DNA of 64,000 nt from Bacteroidales bacterium (GCA_030531495.1 JAUNNJ010000001.1:113-64112); one strand, 5' to 3'; shown: positions 9,535-20,036, counted from the stretch's first letter. Made by a program: numbers and translations. Notes: generated by a model from the letters alone, not told the origin.

Positions 9535-10959
9535 TCAACTTTTCCTATGCGTTACCGCTTTCGCTTTTTGCGCTATGTAGGAAAAGTAGTCTGGTTTTTT
9601 TATCTTGGTGAATAAAAGAGACAGTGCTATGTAACAAACGCAACCAATCATTAAATTTATCCAACTATAATTGGTGGCATAGTTGGTGGGGATGGTTAAA
9701 GCTCCAATTATCGAGAATGGCAAGATGTTGAATATGAATAGTTTGAATAGTCTCAGTTGGCTGATGCCGATATGTTTGCGTGCACACCAAGTGTAGAAGA
9801 AAAGTGTGGCAGCAGAAAGTGCAATTGCCGCGGATAATATTGAATAAACGCCATAAGGGATAAGGGCAAACGATGAAATGATGATACACAACTTTTCAAA
9901 AAGCATAACATTGCGAATAATTTTCGTGAGATTGAAAATTTTGAAAAGAATCATCATGTAATTATTTACTGGATAAATAAGCCCCCAAACCAATAGGATT
10001 TGGAGATAGGGAATGCAAGGAGACCATTTTTCAGGGAAAATAGCCTGAATGAAAGGTGCGCTTACGGAAAAAATAAGGATTAGAAAAAATGAGTTTACAA
10101 AAGTGAAAATGCCAAACATTTTCACAAAGCCAATTCGTTTACTTTCCGCATTGTCGTTTTTTGAAATAAGCACATAACTTGTGCTTGAAATTGACATTTC
10201 CAATGAATTGGTTGGGGCTTGCTGCAATTTTTGTGCTTGCCACATGTAGCCTGCCTGAATGGGGTTGTAATATTTTCCTAAAACAAATGTGAATATATTT
10301 TGCGATATTTGGGTTATAAAGGTTGAAAACAGCAGATTCACCCCAAATTTCCATAACTCTTTAAAGCGCTGAATGTCAAATTCGAGCTTTAAGTTCCATT
10401 TGCTGAAAATGATGAGCAATAAGAGGTAGAAGAAACTATACCCAACCTGCAACTCAACCAAGGCCCAATAGCGACAACCTTTTAGCGCCATGATAATGGC
10501 AACAATCAGCGCCAAAGAAACCGACGCCATATTGAAGATTGCAACTTTCTTGAATTGTAGCTGTGAGCGTAGTTTCGTGACCTGGGCAATGCAGCTTCCA
10601 CTGATGATAGCGCCAAATCCGAATGCAATCATTATAGGTCCCAGCTCCTCGTGTTGGAAATAGTCAACGATGAAAGGAGATGCTATGCAAAATATCAGAC
10701 AAAGGCTTATGCTTGTTGCAATGTTGAAATAAAACACGGTGTTGAAATCCCTGTTAGAGGGCTTTTCGTGCATTAAAAGTCCGTCGCTTAAACCGCAATC
10801 AACAAAAACGTAAATGATATTCGAAAATACTGCCAACATTGCCACTAATCCAAAGTCTTCTCTTAGGAGGAGGTAACTAAGGGCTATATTACCCGCTAAC
10901 GACACGAAGTTTGTGCCGAAACGTTCAATAAGCGACCATATATAGTAGATTAATTTCAA
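9535..10959 (-). CDS. wzx: Wzx-type flippase
   Basis: WSLIERFG, LLREDFGLVAM, DFNTVFYFN, LGKYY, PEKW; many TM segments; TTG start. Confidence 0.85.
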   Translation of the reverse strand: MKLIYYIWSLIERFGTNFVSLAGNIALSYLLLREDFGLVAMLAVFSNIIYVFVDCGLSDGLLMHEKPSNRDFNTVFYFNIATSISLCLIFCIASPFIVDYFQHEELGPIMIAFGFGAIISGSCIAQVTKLRSQLQFKKVAIFNMASVSLALIVAIIMALKGCRYWALVELQVGYSFFYLLLLIIFSKWNLKLEFDIQRFKELWKFGVNLLFSTFITQISQNIFTFVLGKYYNPIQAGYMWQAQKLQQAPTNSLEMSISSTSYVLISKNDNAESKRIGFVKMFGIFTFVNSFFLILIFSVSAPFIQAIFPEKWSPCIPYLQILLVWGLIYPVNNYMMILFKIFNLTKIIRNVMLFEKLCIIISSFALIPYGVYSILSAAIALSAATLFFYTWCARKHIGISQLRLFKLFIFNILPFSIIGALTIPTNYATNYSWINLMIGCVCYIALSLLFTKIKKPDYFSYIAQKAKAVTHRKS

Positions 10960-10990
10960 GGATGTTGGTGAATTAAGAAGTGCCTATATT

Positions 10991-11734
10991 TTACAATCCG
11001 AGGGTGGTTAGTAACCGAGCTGTGAAAATTGACAAGTGGCGTTTGAATTTTTCCACAAAATTGTCTTCCATAGAAACCCATAGCGAAGTGTAATGATGGA
11101 CAGAAATAGTGTCGGGCGTGATATGGGTTTCACCTGTGTAATAGCTCATCGGACAAAATACTTGAGATGGGTGAATGAAAAAGTCTCGGTATTTGTCGAT
11201 GCCGGATTCGAGATGCTCAATGTTTTTTTTGTCCGAATTGATGATGTGGCTTACAAAATTGACGATTGTTTCGGGGTTCTTGCCTGACCAGTAAGCAAAA
11301 TGCCGATGATTGTAGATGTCCAATAATTCTCCTAAAAAAGACATTTTAGGGAAAGCACTCATGCCAAGGCCAAAAGCTATGTTTGAGTCGAAGCCGTCTT
11401 CACCCTTCTCTCTTCCCAAAAAAGGTCCAGCAGAAATAATATTATCCATTGGGGCTATGACTTCAACATCTGTGTCGAAATAGATGCCGCCATAATGATA
11501 TAAAATCCAAATTCGTGCATAGTCGCTTACAAAAGCATATTTTTTTAGTCGGTAAGCTTCTTTTGTGTAGGCAGACATGTTGACATCAAAATTGTCCTCG
11601 TTCCACTCCTTAATTTGGTAATCCGGAAGAAATTTTTTCCAAGAGTTGATGCATTTTTTTGCCAACTCTGGTAAAGGATTTCTACCAAACCAGCAATAGT
11701 GTATTGTTTTGGGCAATGTTTTGTCTGAATTCAT
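10991..11734 (-). CDS. GT32 (DXD sugar-binding) glycosyltransferase
   Basis: PKTIHYCWFG, AFVSDYAR, GGIYFDTDVE, HHYTSLW. Confidence 0.92.
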   Translation of the reverse strand: MNSDKTLPKTIHYCWFGRNPLPELAKKCINSWKKFLPDYQIKEWNEDNFDVNMSAYTKEAYRLKKYAFVSDYARIWILYHYGGIYFDTDVEVIAPMDNIISAGPFLGREKGEDGFDSNIAFGLGMSAFPKMSFLGELLDIYNHRHFAYWSGKNPETIVNFVSHIINSDKKNIEHLESGIDKYRDFFIHPSQVFCPMSYYTGETHITPDTISVHHYTSLWVSMEDNFVEKFKRHLSIFTARLLTTLGL

Positions 11735-11930
11735 ATTTTATGACTTGTTTAATCTAACTTGCAAAGTTATTACTTTTTTTCGGGAATGGCAAAATGAAGT
11801 GGCGGTTCAAACTGCGGAAGCGATGTGCACATTAATTTTAAATGCGAGGTGGTGGGTGGAAAATGGGGCGGTTTTTCGTGGATTTCAGCTTTTTTTGAGT
11901 AAATTTGCAGTTTGAAATAAGATTTGAGTT

Positions 11931-13118
11931 ATGTTTTTTTCGTTAGAAACACCGAATATCCTATATGTGTATGTGCTTTTGGGGATAGCATTTGTGCTTA
12001 CCATCGCTTGCTCTGTGGTGCTTTGGCGCCGGGCAGTGCGTTTGCGTAAGTTCGCCAATGTGGAAGCAGCTCGTGAATATCTCTCCGATGAGGAGTTGCC
12101 GGGTGTCACAGTTGTGGTTTATGCCCACAATGAGTGTGAAAACCTGGAGCGCTTCCTTCCGCTTCTGCTTCACCAAGACTATCCCGACTTTGATGTGGTG
12201 GTTGTGGACGATGCTTCGTTCGACGGCACTCGTGACCTTTTGAGCGATTTGCTTTCGCATTTCAGTAATCTGCGCGTCACTTTTGCTCCCGAGGCCACTC
12301 GCTCGCTTTCTCGCAAGAAGCTGGCGCTCACTATCGGCATCAAGGCTTCGCAAAAGGAAGTGGTGCTGACCACCAATGCCAACTGCCGCGTGATGAGCGA
12401 CCAATGGTTGCGTACGATGATGCGTAATTTCGTGCCTGGCACCGATGTGGTGCTTGGATTTTCGCACTATCGCTATCGCAAAGACACCACTTTTGGGCGT
12501 TTCTATCGCGTGTTCGATTCTGTTGTCACTTCGCTTCAATGGGTGGGCAGCGCCATCAAGGGCAAGCCTTACCGTGGCATCAGCGATAATTTGGCTTATC
12601 GCCGTCAACTCTTTTTCGACCATTCGGGGTTCTCAAAAAGCCTCGATTTGAAGTATGGCGACGACGATGTGTTTGTCAGCGAAATCGCCACAGGTGCCAA
12701 CACCCGTATGGTGCTTGCTTCCGATAGTCAGGTGCAGACATATTACGACAATGTGCCTAAGGCGCATCATTTGTTGAAGCTTCGTCGCGACTACACCACA
12801 AAATTTGTATCTACTTCTGCGCCTTTCTATGCGCAAGGGGCGTTCTCTTTAGCTAATTATTTGCGCTTGGCTGCACTTGTGGCAGCGGTGGCGATTGATT
12901 ATACCAACATATTCACTGTGTCGGTAGCGGCATTCTTGCTGGTGTTCTCTTGGGTGATGATGATTTTGCCTTTCAACAGATGCTGCCAGTTGCTGCAGGC
13001 TCCAGGGCTCACTTTGAGCGTGCCCGTGTTCTACATTTGGCGTCCAGTGGTAAACTTCTATTATCGCATGCGAGGCATTTCCACCCGCAAAACCAATCTC
13101 ACATCTATGTATGACTGA
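11931..13118 (+). CDS. Membrane GT2 glycosyltransferase
   Basis: QDYPDFDVVVVDDAS, SRKKLALTIGIK, NLAYRR, GDDDVFV; N- and C-terminal TMs; TAAATTTG -7 box at 11900-11907. Confidence 0.88.
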   Translation: MFFSLETPNILYVYVLLGIAFVLTIACSVVLWRRAVRLRKFANVEAAREYLSDEELPGVTVVVYAHNECENLERFLPLLLHQDYPDFDVVVVDDASFDGTRDLLSDLLSHFSNLRVTFAPEATRSLSRKKLALTIGIKASQKEVVLTTNANCRVMSDQWLRTMMRNFVPGTDVVLGFSHYRYRKDTTFGRFYRVFDSVVTSLQWVGSAIKGKPYRGISDNLAYRRQLFFDHSGFSKSLDLKYGDDDVFVSEIATGANTRMVLASDSQVQTYYDNVPKAHHLLKLRRDYTTKFVSTSAPFYAQGAFSLANYLRLAALVAAVAIDYTNIFTVSVAAFLLVFSWVMMILPFNRCCQLLQAPGLTLSVPVFYIWRPVVNFYYRMRGISTRKTNLTSMYD

Positions 13119-14187
13119 CGCTGCTCATTCTCGAATAGATACGCTCACGTCGTGGCGTGGCATCTTCGCCATCTGTATTGTGCTGTTTCACTGCAAGGTG
13201 GTGGAATTTACCGAACCCACAAAGTTTGGCGTAACGTTCTTCTTTGTGGTCAGCGGATTCCTTTTGGGCATGAAGCATCGTGCCGAAGAAATGCGTGGGA
13301 AGCGATATTTTAAATTTATCGGTTCGCGCGCCCTTCGCCTCTACACCTATCATTGGGCCGCCCTTGCCATTTTCATTGCATTGGCGGTGGGGCTTGCGCA
13401 CGGGAATGGAGCCAACTGGGATGCACTCGTGCCCAATTTGTTCTTTGCACAGATATTTTCGGCTAACAAAGATGTGATTTTCTCATTCAATGGCCACATG
13501 TGGTTTTTGGGAGATTTGTTGCTGTGCTATGCCATCTATCCTTTGCTGGGCGCGGCTCTCGGCAAATTCACCCTGCGAGTGCAATTGCTGTTTGTAGGGC
13601 TGGTAATGGCACTGCTGTGGGTGGTGATGGGGTGTTTCGTGCCCCATGAAATGCTCACCTGTTGCTATGTGTTTCCGCCCGTCCGCATTTTTGAATTTAT
13701 GGTGGGCATGGTGTTGAGCCAGTGCTACTTCGCGGTCAAGGAGAAGTCTACAGGCTGGTCCGATACCAAGGTCTCTACATTTTGGTTTGTGGCGATAATT
13801 GTAATAGTGGTATTGTTTGCGCTGGTGCGTATGGGCGACGGCACCAAAGTGGACCACTTCAATGAATTTGTGTTGTGGGAAATTCCTGTATGTGCATTGG
13901 TTATTCTCTCTGCTTTTACGGCAGGACGCACCGATATGATGTCGCGCGTAATCACTTCTCGCCCACTGATGTGGCTGGGCAAGTTGAGCCTTGAAATATA
14001 CATTCTCCAGGCCATTGCAGGGCAAATCTACGCATATCTGGTGGCGCCTTTTTTCGGGCATTTCGGGCTGATTATCTACCACCTGTATCCAGTGGGTATT
14101 TTCTTCATTCTCTTGCCACTGTCGTGGTTCACCCGTCGCTATTTCACAGTGCCATTTTCGGCTTGGATAGCGCGACGATTCGCATAG
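13111..14187 (+). CDS. Acyltransferase-3 family protein
   Basis: RIDTLTSWRG, GVTFFFVVSGF, WLGKLSLEIYILQ. Confidence 0.88.
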   Translation: MTDAAHSRIDTLTSWRGIFAICIVLFHCKVVEFTEPTKFGVTFFFVVSGFLLGMKHRAEEMRGKRYFKFIGSRALRLYTYHWAALAIFIALAVGLAHGNGANWDALVPNLFFAQIFSANKDVIFSFNGHMWFLGDLLLCYAIYPLLGAALGKFTLRVQLLFVGLVMALLWVVMGCFVPHEMLTCCYVFPPVRIFEFMVGMVLSQCYFAVKEKSTGWSDTKVSTFWFVAIIVIVVLFALVRMGDGTKVDHFNEFVLWEIPVCALVILSAFTAGRTDMMSRVITSRPLMWLGKLSLEIYILQAIAGQIYAYLVAPFFGHFGLIIYHLYPVGIFFILLPLSWFTRRYFTVPFSAWIARRFA

Positions 14188-14227
14188 GTGTTTCGCGTGC
14201 GTATGGCGAATTTTTTATAATGTATGG

Positions 14228-14252
14228 CAATAACGCGCGTAAAATTGCGTTA
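14228..14252 (+). promoter_or_regulatory. Candidate ECF-sigma promoter CAATAA-N14-CGTTA upstream of porT
   Basis: CAATAA(14228-14233) N14 CGTTA(14248-14252), 11 nt before the ATG; no TAnnTTTG box seen in this gap. Confidence 0.6.
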
Positions 14253-14263
14253 TTTAAGTTGAG

Positions 14264-15007
14264 ATGAAAATTGATTTTAAACGACATATCGCTCTCTTGG
14301 CACTCGTTTTGTGCGCTTTAACTGCGTGGGCGCAAGACAACGATAAGATTCTGAATCGCCAATATGCCGACCAGAAGAAGGTGCATTTCGGCTTCTCGAT
14401 TGGTGCGAATTTTCAGGATATCGGCATCGTGAACAATGGTTTCAAGACCGAAGACGGCGAAACTTGGTTTGCCAATGTGCCACAGCATTCGCCAGGCTTC
14501 TGCGTGAATGTGTTGGCCGACCTTCGTCTTGCCAAAAACTTCAACCTCCGCTTCTCGCCAGGCATGTACTTTGGCAACAAGGTGGTGAAATACATCAACA
14601 CCTCTGCTCCAGAAGAAGTAACCGACCCATTGCGCAAGATGCAGAGCCAGAACATCAAGTCCACTTATGTGGTGCTTCCTGTCGACCTGAAGATTTCGGC
14701 AAACCGCTATCACAATATCCGCCCCTATTTCACTGGCGGTGTGATGGGAATTTTCGACGTGGCAAAAGACCGCTCCGAGCAGATTCGTTTGGGCAATGCT
14801 GATGCTATGCTCACTGTGGGCATGGGTTGCGATGTGTATTTGCCATTCTTCAAATTGTGCCCTGAAGTGAAATTCTGCTTCGGCTTGAAGAATGTGCTCA
14901 AGAAAAACCGCCCCGATTTGGAGGACAATCCTGAAATGATGCGATTCACCCAAAGCGTCGACAAGGTGACCAACAACATGGTGGTGGTGACATTTTATTT
15001 TGAATAA
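14264..15007 (+). CDS. porT: T9SS outer-membrane beta-barrel PorT/SprT
   Basis: Signal peptide, NRQYADQKKVHFGF, LRFSPGMYFG, PEVKFCFGL, terminal TFYFE. Confidence 0.88.
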   Translation: MKIDFKRHIALLALVLCALTAWAQDNDKILNRQYADQKKVHFGFSIGANFQDIGIVNNGFKTEDGETWFANVPQHSPGFCVNVLADLRLAKNFNLRFSPGMYFGNKVVKYINTSAPEEVTDPLRKMQSQNIKSTYVVLPVDLKISANRYHNIRPYFTGGVMGIFDVAKDRSEQIRLGNADAMLTVGMGCDVYLPFFKLCPEVKFCFGLKNVLKKNRPDLEDNPEMMRFTQSVDKVTNNMVVVTFYFE

Positions 15008-15036
15008 AGCAAATGTTTTGTTGAAGGGAATAAGGG

Positions 15037-16002
15037 ATGATGACTGGCATTCGTAAATATTTGATGTTGGTGCTTGTGGCTTTTGCGTCGGTAGTGACGC
15101 TGAAGGCTCAGGTCGATAATCAATACACCCAATATTATATGGTGCCAGGCTATTACAACCCTTCAGCCATAGGCAACACCGACTATGTCCACGTGACTGT
15201 GGGCAGCCGCGCTCAGTGGGTGGGCATCAAGCACGCTCCGCTCTCGTTTGTGGGCTTGGCCGACATGCCATTCAAATTCCTCAACAAGCGCTTTGCCACC
15301 GGTGTGTCCATCAACCAGACCAGCATGGGTCTGTATTCAGGCCTCAACGCTTCAGCACAGATTGCCTACAAGCACAAACTCTGGGGTGGCACGCTCAGCG
15401 GCGGTTTCCAGGTGGGCTTGGTGAATGAGAAATTCAAGGGCTCGGAAATCATTGAAGTGGGCGGTGAAGAATCCGACGACGCTATTCCAAAGACCGATGT
15501 TTCGGGCAACGCCTTCGATATGGCGGCCGGTATCCACTACCAGCACAAGCACTGGTGGGTGGGCATTTCGGCTACTCACCTCAACCAACCTTCGGTGGAA
15601 ATGAAGACAGAAGGAAACGAGGAAGACCTCTACATATTTGAGGCCGGGCGCACATATTATTTTATGGCTGGTGGCAATATTCCAATAAAAAATACGTTAT
15701 TTGAATTACAGCCCTCTGCTTTTGTGAAGACTGATTTCAATCTTTTCCAAGCAGAAGCCACAATGCGTGTGCGCTACAACAAGTTTATCACCGGTGGTGT
15801 GGCATATCGCCACAACGACGCCGTGAGCCTTGTTGCCGGAGTTGAAATTAAGAATTTCGTAGTGGGTTACTCCTACGATTATCCAATTTCCGATATCTCA
15901 AAGGCCACTTCCGGTAGCCACGAGATTTTTGTTAACTACAACGTGAAATTGAATTTAGGCGAAAAAAATAAAAATAAACATAAGAGTATTCGATTAATGT
16001 AG
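15037..16002 (+). CDS. porP: T9SS PorP/SprF-family barrel
   Basis: QYTQY...YNPS, RAQWVG, GYSYDY, GSHEIF; immediately upstream of porK. Confidence 0.92.
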   Translation: MMTGIRKYLMLVLVAFASVVTLKAQVDNQYTQYYMVPGYYNPSAIGNTDYVHVTVGSRAQWVGIKHAPLSFVGLADMPFKFLNKRFATGVSINQTSMGLYSGLNASAQIAYKHKLWGGTLSGGFQVGLVNEKFKGSEIIEVGGEESDDAIPKTDVSGNAFDMAAGIHYQHKHWWVGISATHLNQPSVEMKTEGNEEDLYIFEAGRTYYFMAGGNIPIKNTLFELQPSAFVKTDFNLFQAEATMRVRYNKFITGGVAYRHNDAVSLVAGVEIKNFVVGYSYDYPISDISKATSGSHEIFVNYNVKLNLGEKNKNKHKSIRLM

Positions 16003-16005
16003 AAT

Positions 16006-17454
16006 ATGAAAAAGGTACTATTTATTTGTCTCACCACATTCGTGTTTGCAACAGTGCTCACATCTTGCTTCTCAGGCCGCAGGTCTATCTCGGCTTACGG
16101 AGGTGAGGTGACAGGTGTGAGTGGCTCTACTTTTGTGGAGCCTACGCCTTATGGTATGGTGCTCGTGGATTGTGGCTCTATGAAGGAAGGACCATCGCAG
16201 AACGATTCTCTTTGGGGTATCGACTCCACAGCGCGTGGCGTGTCAGTGGATGCATTCTGGATGGACCAGACCGAAATCACCAACTCTAAGTACAAGCAAT
16301 TCCTTTACTGGGTGCGCGACTCCATTATCCGTGAACGCCTTGCCGACCCTGCTTATGGTGGCAACGACGAATTTAAAATCACAGAAGATAAGTATGGCGA
16401 CCCTGTGAAGCCTCATCTCGACTGGACGAAAAACATTCCTTGGCGTAATCCAAGTGAAGATGAAGAGCGCGCTATCGAAAGTGTGTATCGCATCAACCCT
16501 ATCACTGGCGTGAAGGAACTCGACCCAACCCAGATGAACTATCGCTACGAAATCTACAACATGACCGAGGCTGTGAAGCGTAAACACCGCCTTGATCCTG
16601 CCACTCGCGACTATAACACCGACCACGCAGTGCCTACCGAAACTCCTATCATCAGCAAGGACACTGCCTACATCGACGACAATGGCCGCATCGTGCGTCA
16701 GACCATGAATCGTCCACTCTCAGGTCAATGGGATTTCGTCAACACATATATAGTAAATGTGTTCCCCGACACCACTTGTTGGGTTAACGACTTCGACAAT
16801 GCTTACAACGAGCCCTATGTGCGTATGTATTTTGCCAACGGCAACTACAACAACTATCCAGTGGTGGGCGTAAGTTGGGAGCAAGCAAATGCTTTCTGCA
16901 ACTGGCGTACAGAATTTCTCCGCAAGTCGCTCGGCAAGGAAGGCGTGTATGTAGAGCCTTACCGCTTGCCAACCGAGGCTGAATGGGAATTTGCAGCGCG
17001 TGCAGGCGTGAGCAAGAACAAATATCCATGGGAAGGCGACCTTCCACTTACTGAAGACGAAGGATGCTTCTATGCCAACTTTAAGCCGATGGAAGGTAAC
17101 TATGTGAAAGACGGTAGCATTGTGAGTGCGCCTGTCGGAACCTATGAGCCCAACGACTTCGGACTGTATGACATGGCTGGTAATGTGAGTGAATGGACCT
17201 CAACAGCTTACACCGAAAGTGTGGACCGCATGACCAGTGACCTCAACCCTGAATATCGCTACAATGTGGCAAAAGACGACCCATACAAGATGTCGCGCAA
17301 GATTGTACGTGGTGGTTCGTGGAAGGATGTGGCTCACAATATTCGCGCCGACCTCCGCATGTGGGAATACCAGAACGAACAGCGTTCTTACATCGGTTTC
17401 CGTTGCGTTCGCTCAAAGGTGGGTTACACTAAGGTGAAAAGAAAGAAAAACTAA
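16006..17454 (+). CDS. porK: T9SS lipoprotein PorK/GldK
   Basis: Lipobox LTSC, FWMDQTEITN, RLPTEAEWEFAAR, GLYDMAGNVSEW, IGFRCV; operon context. Confidence 0.93.
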   Translation: MKKVLFICLTTFVFATVLTSCFSGRRSISAYGGEVTGVSGSTFVEPTPYGMVLVDCGSMKEGPSQNDSLWGIDSTARGVSVDAFWMDQTEITNSKYKQFLYWVRDSIIRERLADPAYGGNDEFKITEDKYGDPVKPHLDWTKNIPWRNPSEDEERAIESVYRINPITGVKELDPTQMNYRYEIYNMTEAVKRKHRLDPATRDYNTDHAVPTETPIISKDTAYIDDNGRIVRQTMNRPLSGQWDFVNTYIVNVFPDTTCWVNDFDNAYNEPYVRMYFANGNYNNYPVVGVSWEQANAFCNWRTEFLRKSLGKEGVYVEPYRLPTEAEWEFAARAGVSKNKYPWEGDLPLTEDEGCFYANFKPMEGNYVKDGSIVSAPVGTYEPNDFGLYDMAGNVSEWTSTAYTESVDRMTSDLNPEYRYNVAKDDPYKMSRKIVRGGSWKDVAHNIRADLRMWEYQNEQRSYIGFRCVRSKVGYTKVKRKKN

Positions 17455-17492
17455 TCAGAAAAAGCATATTTTCCGCTCAATAAATAAAGATC

Positions 17493-18467
17493 ATGGGAAA
17501 AATCAAGAAATATAAAAATGTGGTTGAACGCTTCCTCTCGGGCGAAGCAGGTCAGCGATTCTTCAACTTTGCCTACAGTATTGGTGCTGCAGTCGTAATC
17601 TTGGGTGCATTGTTCAAGATTCTTCACCTTGAAGGTGGTAACGAAATGCTCACCATCGGTATGGGTACCGAAGTTGTGATGTTTATCCTCACTGCGTTCG
17701 ACCGCCCAGAGAAAGACTATAAGTGGGAGCAAGTGTTCCCAGTGCTCGCTACAGGCGACCCAGAAGACCGTCCTGACTTCGAGGCTGGTGGCAACATCGT
17801 GATTGGTGGCACTGGCGCAGTGCAAGCACCTGCTCAACCTACCATCACCGAAGCTGAAGCAAAAGCCGCTGTAGGTCTGCCACAAGGCATTGAACTCACT
17901 GAAGAAGATTCACGCTCATTGAGCGAAAGCATTGCTAAAATGGCTGCTGCAAGCGGCCAGCTGAGCCGCATGGCAGAACTTACCGACGCCACTCAACAAT
18001 ACTTGAGCCAAATGGCTGGTATCTCTGAACAGATGCAACGCCTCAACGAGACCACCTCTGCGCTCAACAATGTTTCGGAAACTCTTCTCGGTAGTTATCG
18101 CGCTATCACAGAAAACAGCGAAAACATTACACAAAGCAGCACTGGCTATGTGGAACAGATGGAAAACCTCAACCGCAACATCAGTGGCCTGAACACCATC
18201 TACGAAATCCAACTCAAGAGCATCTCTTCACAACTCGACAGTATCGACCGTGTGAACCGTGGCTTGAAGGATATCCGCGACATGTACGAAAAGTCGGCAG
18301 CAGAAAGCGCTCACTATTGCGACGAAACTGAAAAGATGGCTCGCTACATGAAGCAACTCAACAGTGTGTACGAAAAAATGATTAAGGCTATGACCGTGAA
18401 CATGTATCGCCCAATGGGTGGCATGCCTGGCGTAGACCTCAACGACAACGAAAACCCTGAAGAATAA
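17493..18467 (+). CDS. porL: T9SS motor PorL/GldL
   Basis: YSIGAAVVILGALFKILH, GMGTE, WEQVFP, cytoplasmic coiled coil. Confidence 0.95.
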   Translation: MGKIKKYKNVVERFLSGEAGQRFFNFAYSIGAAVVILGALFKILHLEGGNEMLTIGMGTEVVMFILTAFDRPEKDYKWEQVFPVLATGDPEDRPDFEAGGNIVIGGTGAVQAPAQPTITEAEAKAAVGLPQGIELTEEDSRSLSESIAKMAAASGQLSRMAELTDATQQYLSQMAGISEQMQRLNETTSALNNVSETLLGSYRAITENSENITQSSTGYVEQMENLNRNISGLNTIYEIQLKSISSQLDSIDRVNRGLKDIRDMYEKSAAESAHYCDETEKMARYMKQLNSVYEKMIKAMTVNMYRPMGGMPGVDLNDNENPEE

Positions 18468-18470
18468 AGC

Positions 18471-20036
18471 ATGGCAAACGCTAAAAACCAGACGGTCGGC
18501 CGCATGTCGCCTCGTCAGAAGATGATCAACTTGATGTACATCGTTCTGACAGCAATGCTTGCCTTGAATGTGTCGAGTGATGTGCTCAACGGGTTCCGCC
18601 AAGTGCAACAGGGCCTGTCGCGCACCAATCGCACACTCACCGTGCGCAGCCAGATGATGTTTGAGCAAATTCAAGCATTCTACAACAAATATCCTAAGCA
18701 GGGCCGTCAGTGGCTTGACTTGGGCACAGAGGTGCGTAACTCTACCGACAGTCTTTATGAATATATCGAATCGTTGAAGGTGGAAATCGTGAAGCAGTGC
18801 GATGGCCCTCAAGGTGATGTGAATAACATCCAGAACGAGGACAACCTCGACGCTGCCGCACAGGTGATGCTGCCTCCAACGGGCAAGAAGGGTGCCCAAT
18901 TGCGCGCTAAGATTGAGCAGTATCGTGCATTCATTTTGGGAATGCTCGACAACCCCGACAGCCAGAAAAATGTGGAGGAAGCGCTCTCCACTGCCAAAGT
19001 GAAAACCAAGCAAGGCGAAAAACTCTGGGAAGAAAGCCTGTTTGAGGGTATGCCTGCCATCGCTGCAGTCACTTTGCTTTCAAAATTGCAAAACGATATT
19101 CGCTTCGCTGAAGGCGTGGCGTTGGGCTCAATGATATCAAATCTCGACACCGGTGAACTCCGTGTCAATCATTTTGATGCCTTCGTGGTTCCAGAATCGA
19201 AGATGGTGATGCGTGGCAGCAAGTATTCTGCAGAAATTGTGATGGCAGCAATCGACACCACAGCGCGTCCACGCGTTTTCGTTAACGGTAGTCAGCTCAG
19301 CGGCAGTCACTACGAAGTGTCGACAGGCAGTGTGGGTACGTTTGATTTCTCTGGTTTCATTGAAGTCACTGCTCGCGACGGTTCTGTGACCAAGCGCGAC
19401 TTCAAGTCGTCGTACACCGTAATCGAGCCTCTGGCAAGCGTGTCGGCAACGATGATGAATGTGTTCTATGCCGGTATCGACAACCCTGTTTCAATCGCTG
19501 TGGCTGGTGTGCCACAACAGTCGATTCAGGCTTCGATGACCAACGGCTCGCTCACCAAGACCGAAAAGGGTTGGGTGGCTCGCTCATCAGCTATCGGCAG
19601 CGAATGTGTGATTACTGTGACTGCAGAAATCGACGGTCAGCGCACCAATGTGGGCACCACCAGTTTCCGTGTGCGTAAATTGCCCGATCCAATGCCATTC
19701 ATCACCTACACCGATGGCAATGGCCAGCGCGCGATGTACAAGGGTGGCAAGCCATTCTCTAAGGGTACGCTCCTTGGCGCAAGCGGATTGGATGCTGCCA
19801 TCGACGACGACCTCTTGAAGATTGACTTCCGTGTGGTAAGTTTCGAAATGGTGCTCTTCGACCAGATGGGCAACGCCATGAGCGAAAAATCGTCGGGCTC
19901 AAGCTTCTCTCCTCGTCAGAAAGAGGCAATGAAGCAGATGAAGCATGGCAAGCGCTTCTATATTTCTCGCGTGAAGGCTACAGGTCCTGATGGCGTGACC
20001 CGCGACATCGCTCCAATGGAAGTGATTGTGAATTGA
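18471..20036 (+). CDS. porM: T9SS motor PorM/GldM
   Basis: SPRQKMINLMYIVLTAMLALNVS, MNVFYAGIDNP, FRVRKLPDP. Confidence 0.95.
   Translation: MANAKNQTVGRMSPRQKMINLMYIVLTAMLALNVSSDVLNGFRQVQQGLSRTNRTLTVRSQMMFEQIQAFYNKYPKQGRQWLDLGTEVRNSTDSLYEYIESLKVEIVKQCDGPQGDVNNIQNEDNLDAAAQVMLPPTGKKGAQLRAKIEQYRAFILGMLDNPDSQKNVEEALSTAKVKTKQGEKLWEESLFEGMPAIAAVTLLSKLQNDIRFAEGVALGSMISNLDTGELRVNHFDAFVVPESKMVMRGSKYSAEIVMAAIDTTARPRVFVNGSQLSGSHYEVSTGSVGTFDFSGFIEVTARDGSVTKRDFKSSYTVIEPLASVSATMMNVFYAGIDNPVSIAVAGVPQQSIQASMTNGSLTKTEKGWVARSSAIGSECVITVTAEIDGQRTNVGTTSFRVRKLPDPMPFITYTDGNGQRAMYKGGKPFSKGTLLGASGLDAAIDDDLLKIDFRVVSFEMVLFDQMGNAMSEKSSGSSFSPRQKEAMKQMKHGKRFYISRVKATGPDGVTRDIAPMEVIVN

Noticed and set aside
16006-17454. 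Formylglycine-generating enzyme call
   Set aside because: The FGE-like fold is the known PorK/GldK domain; operon context decides. Gliding motility is not inferred
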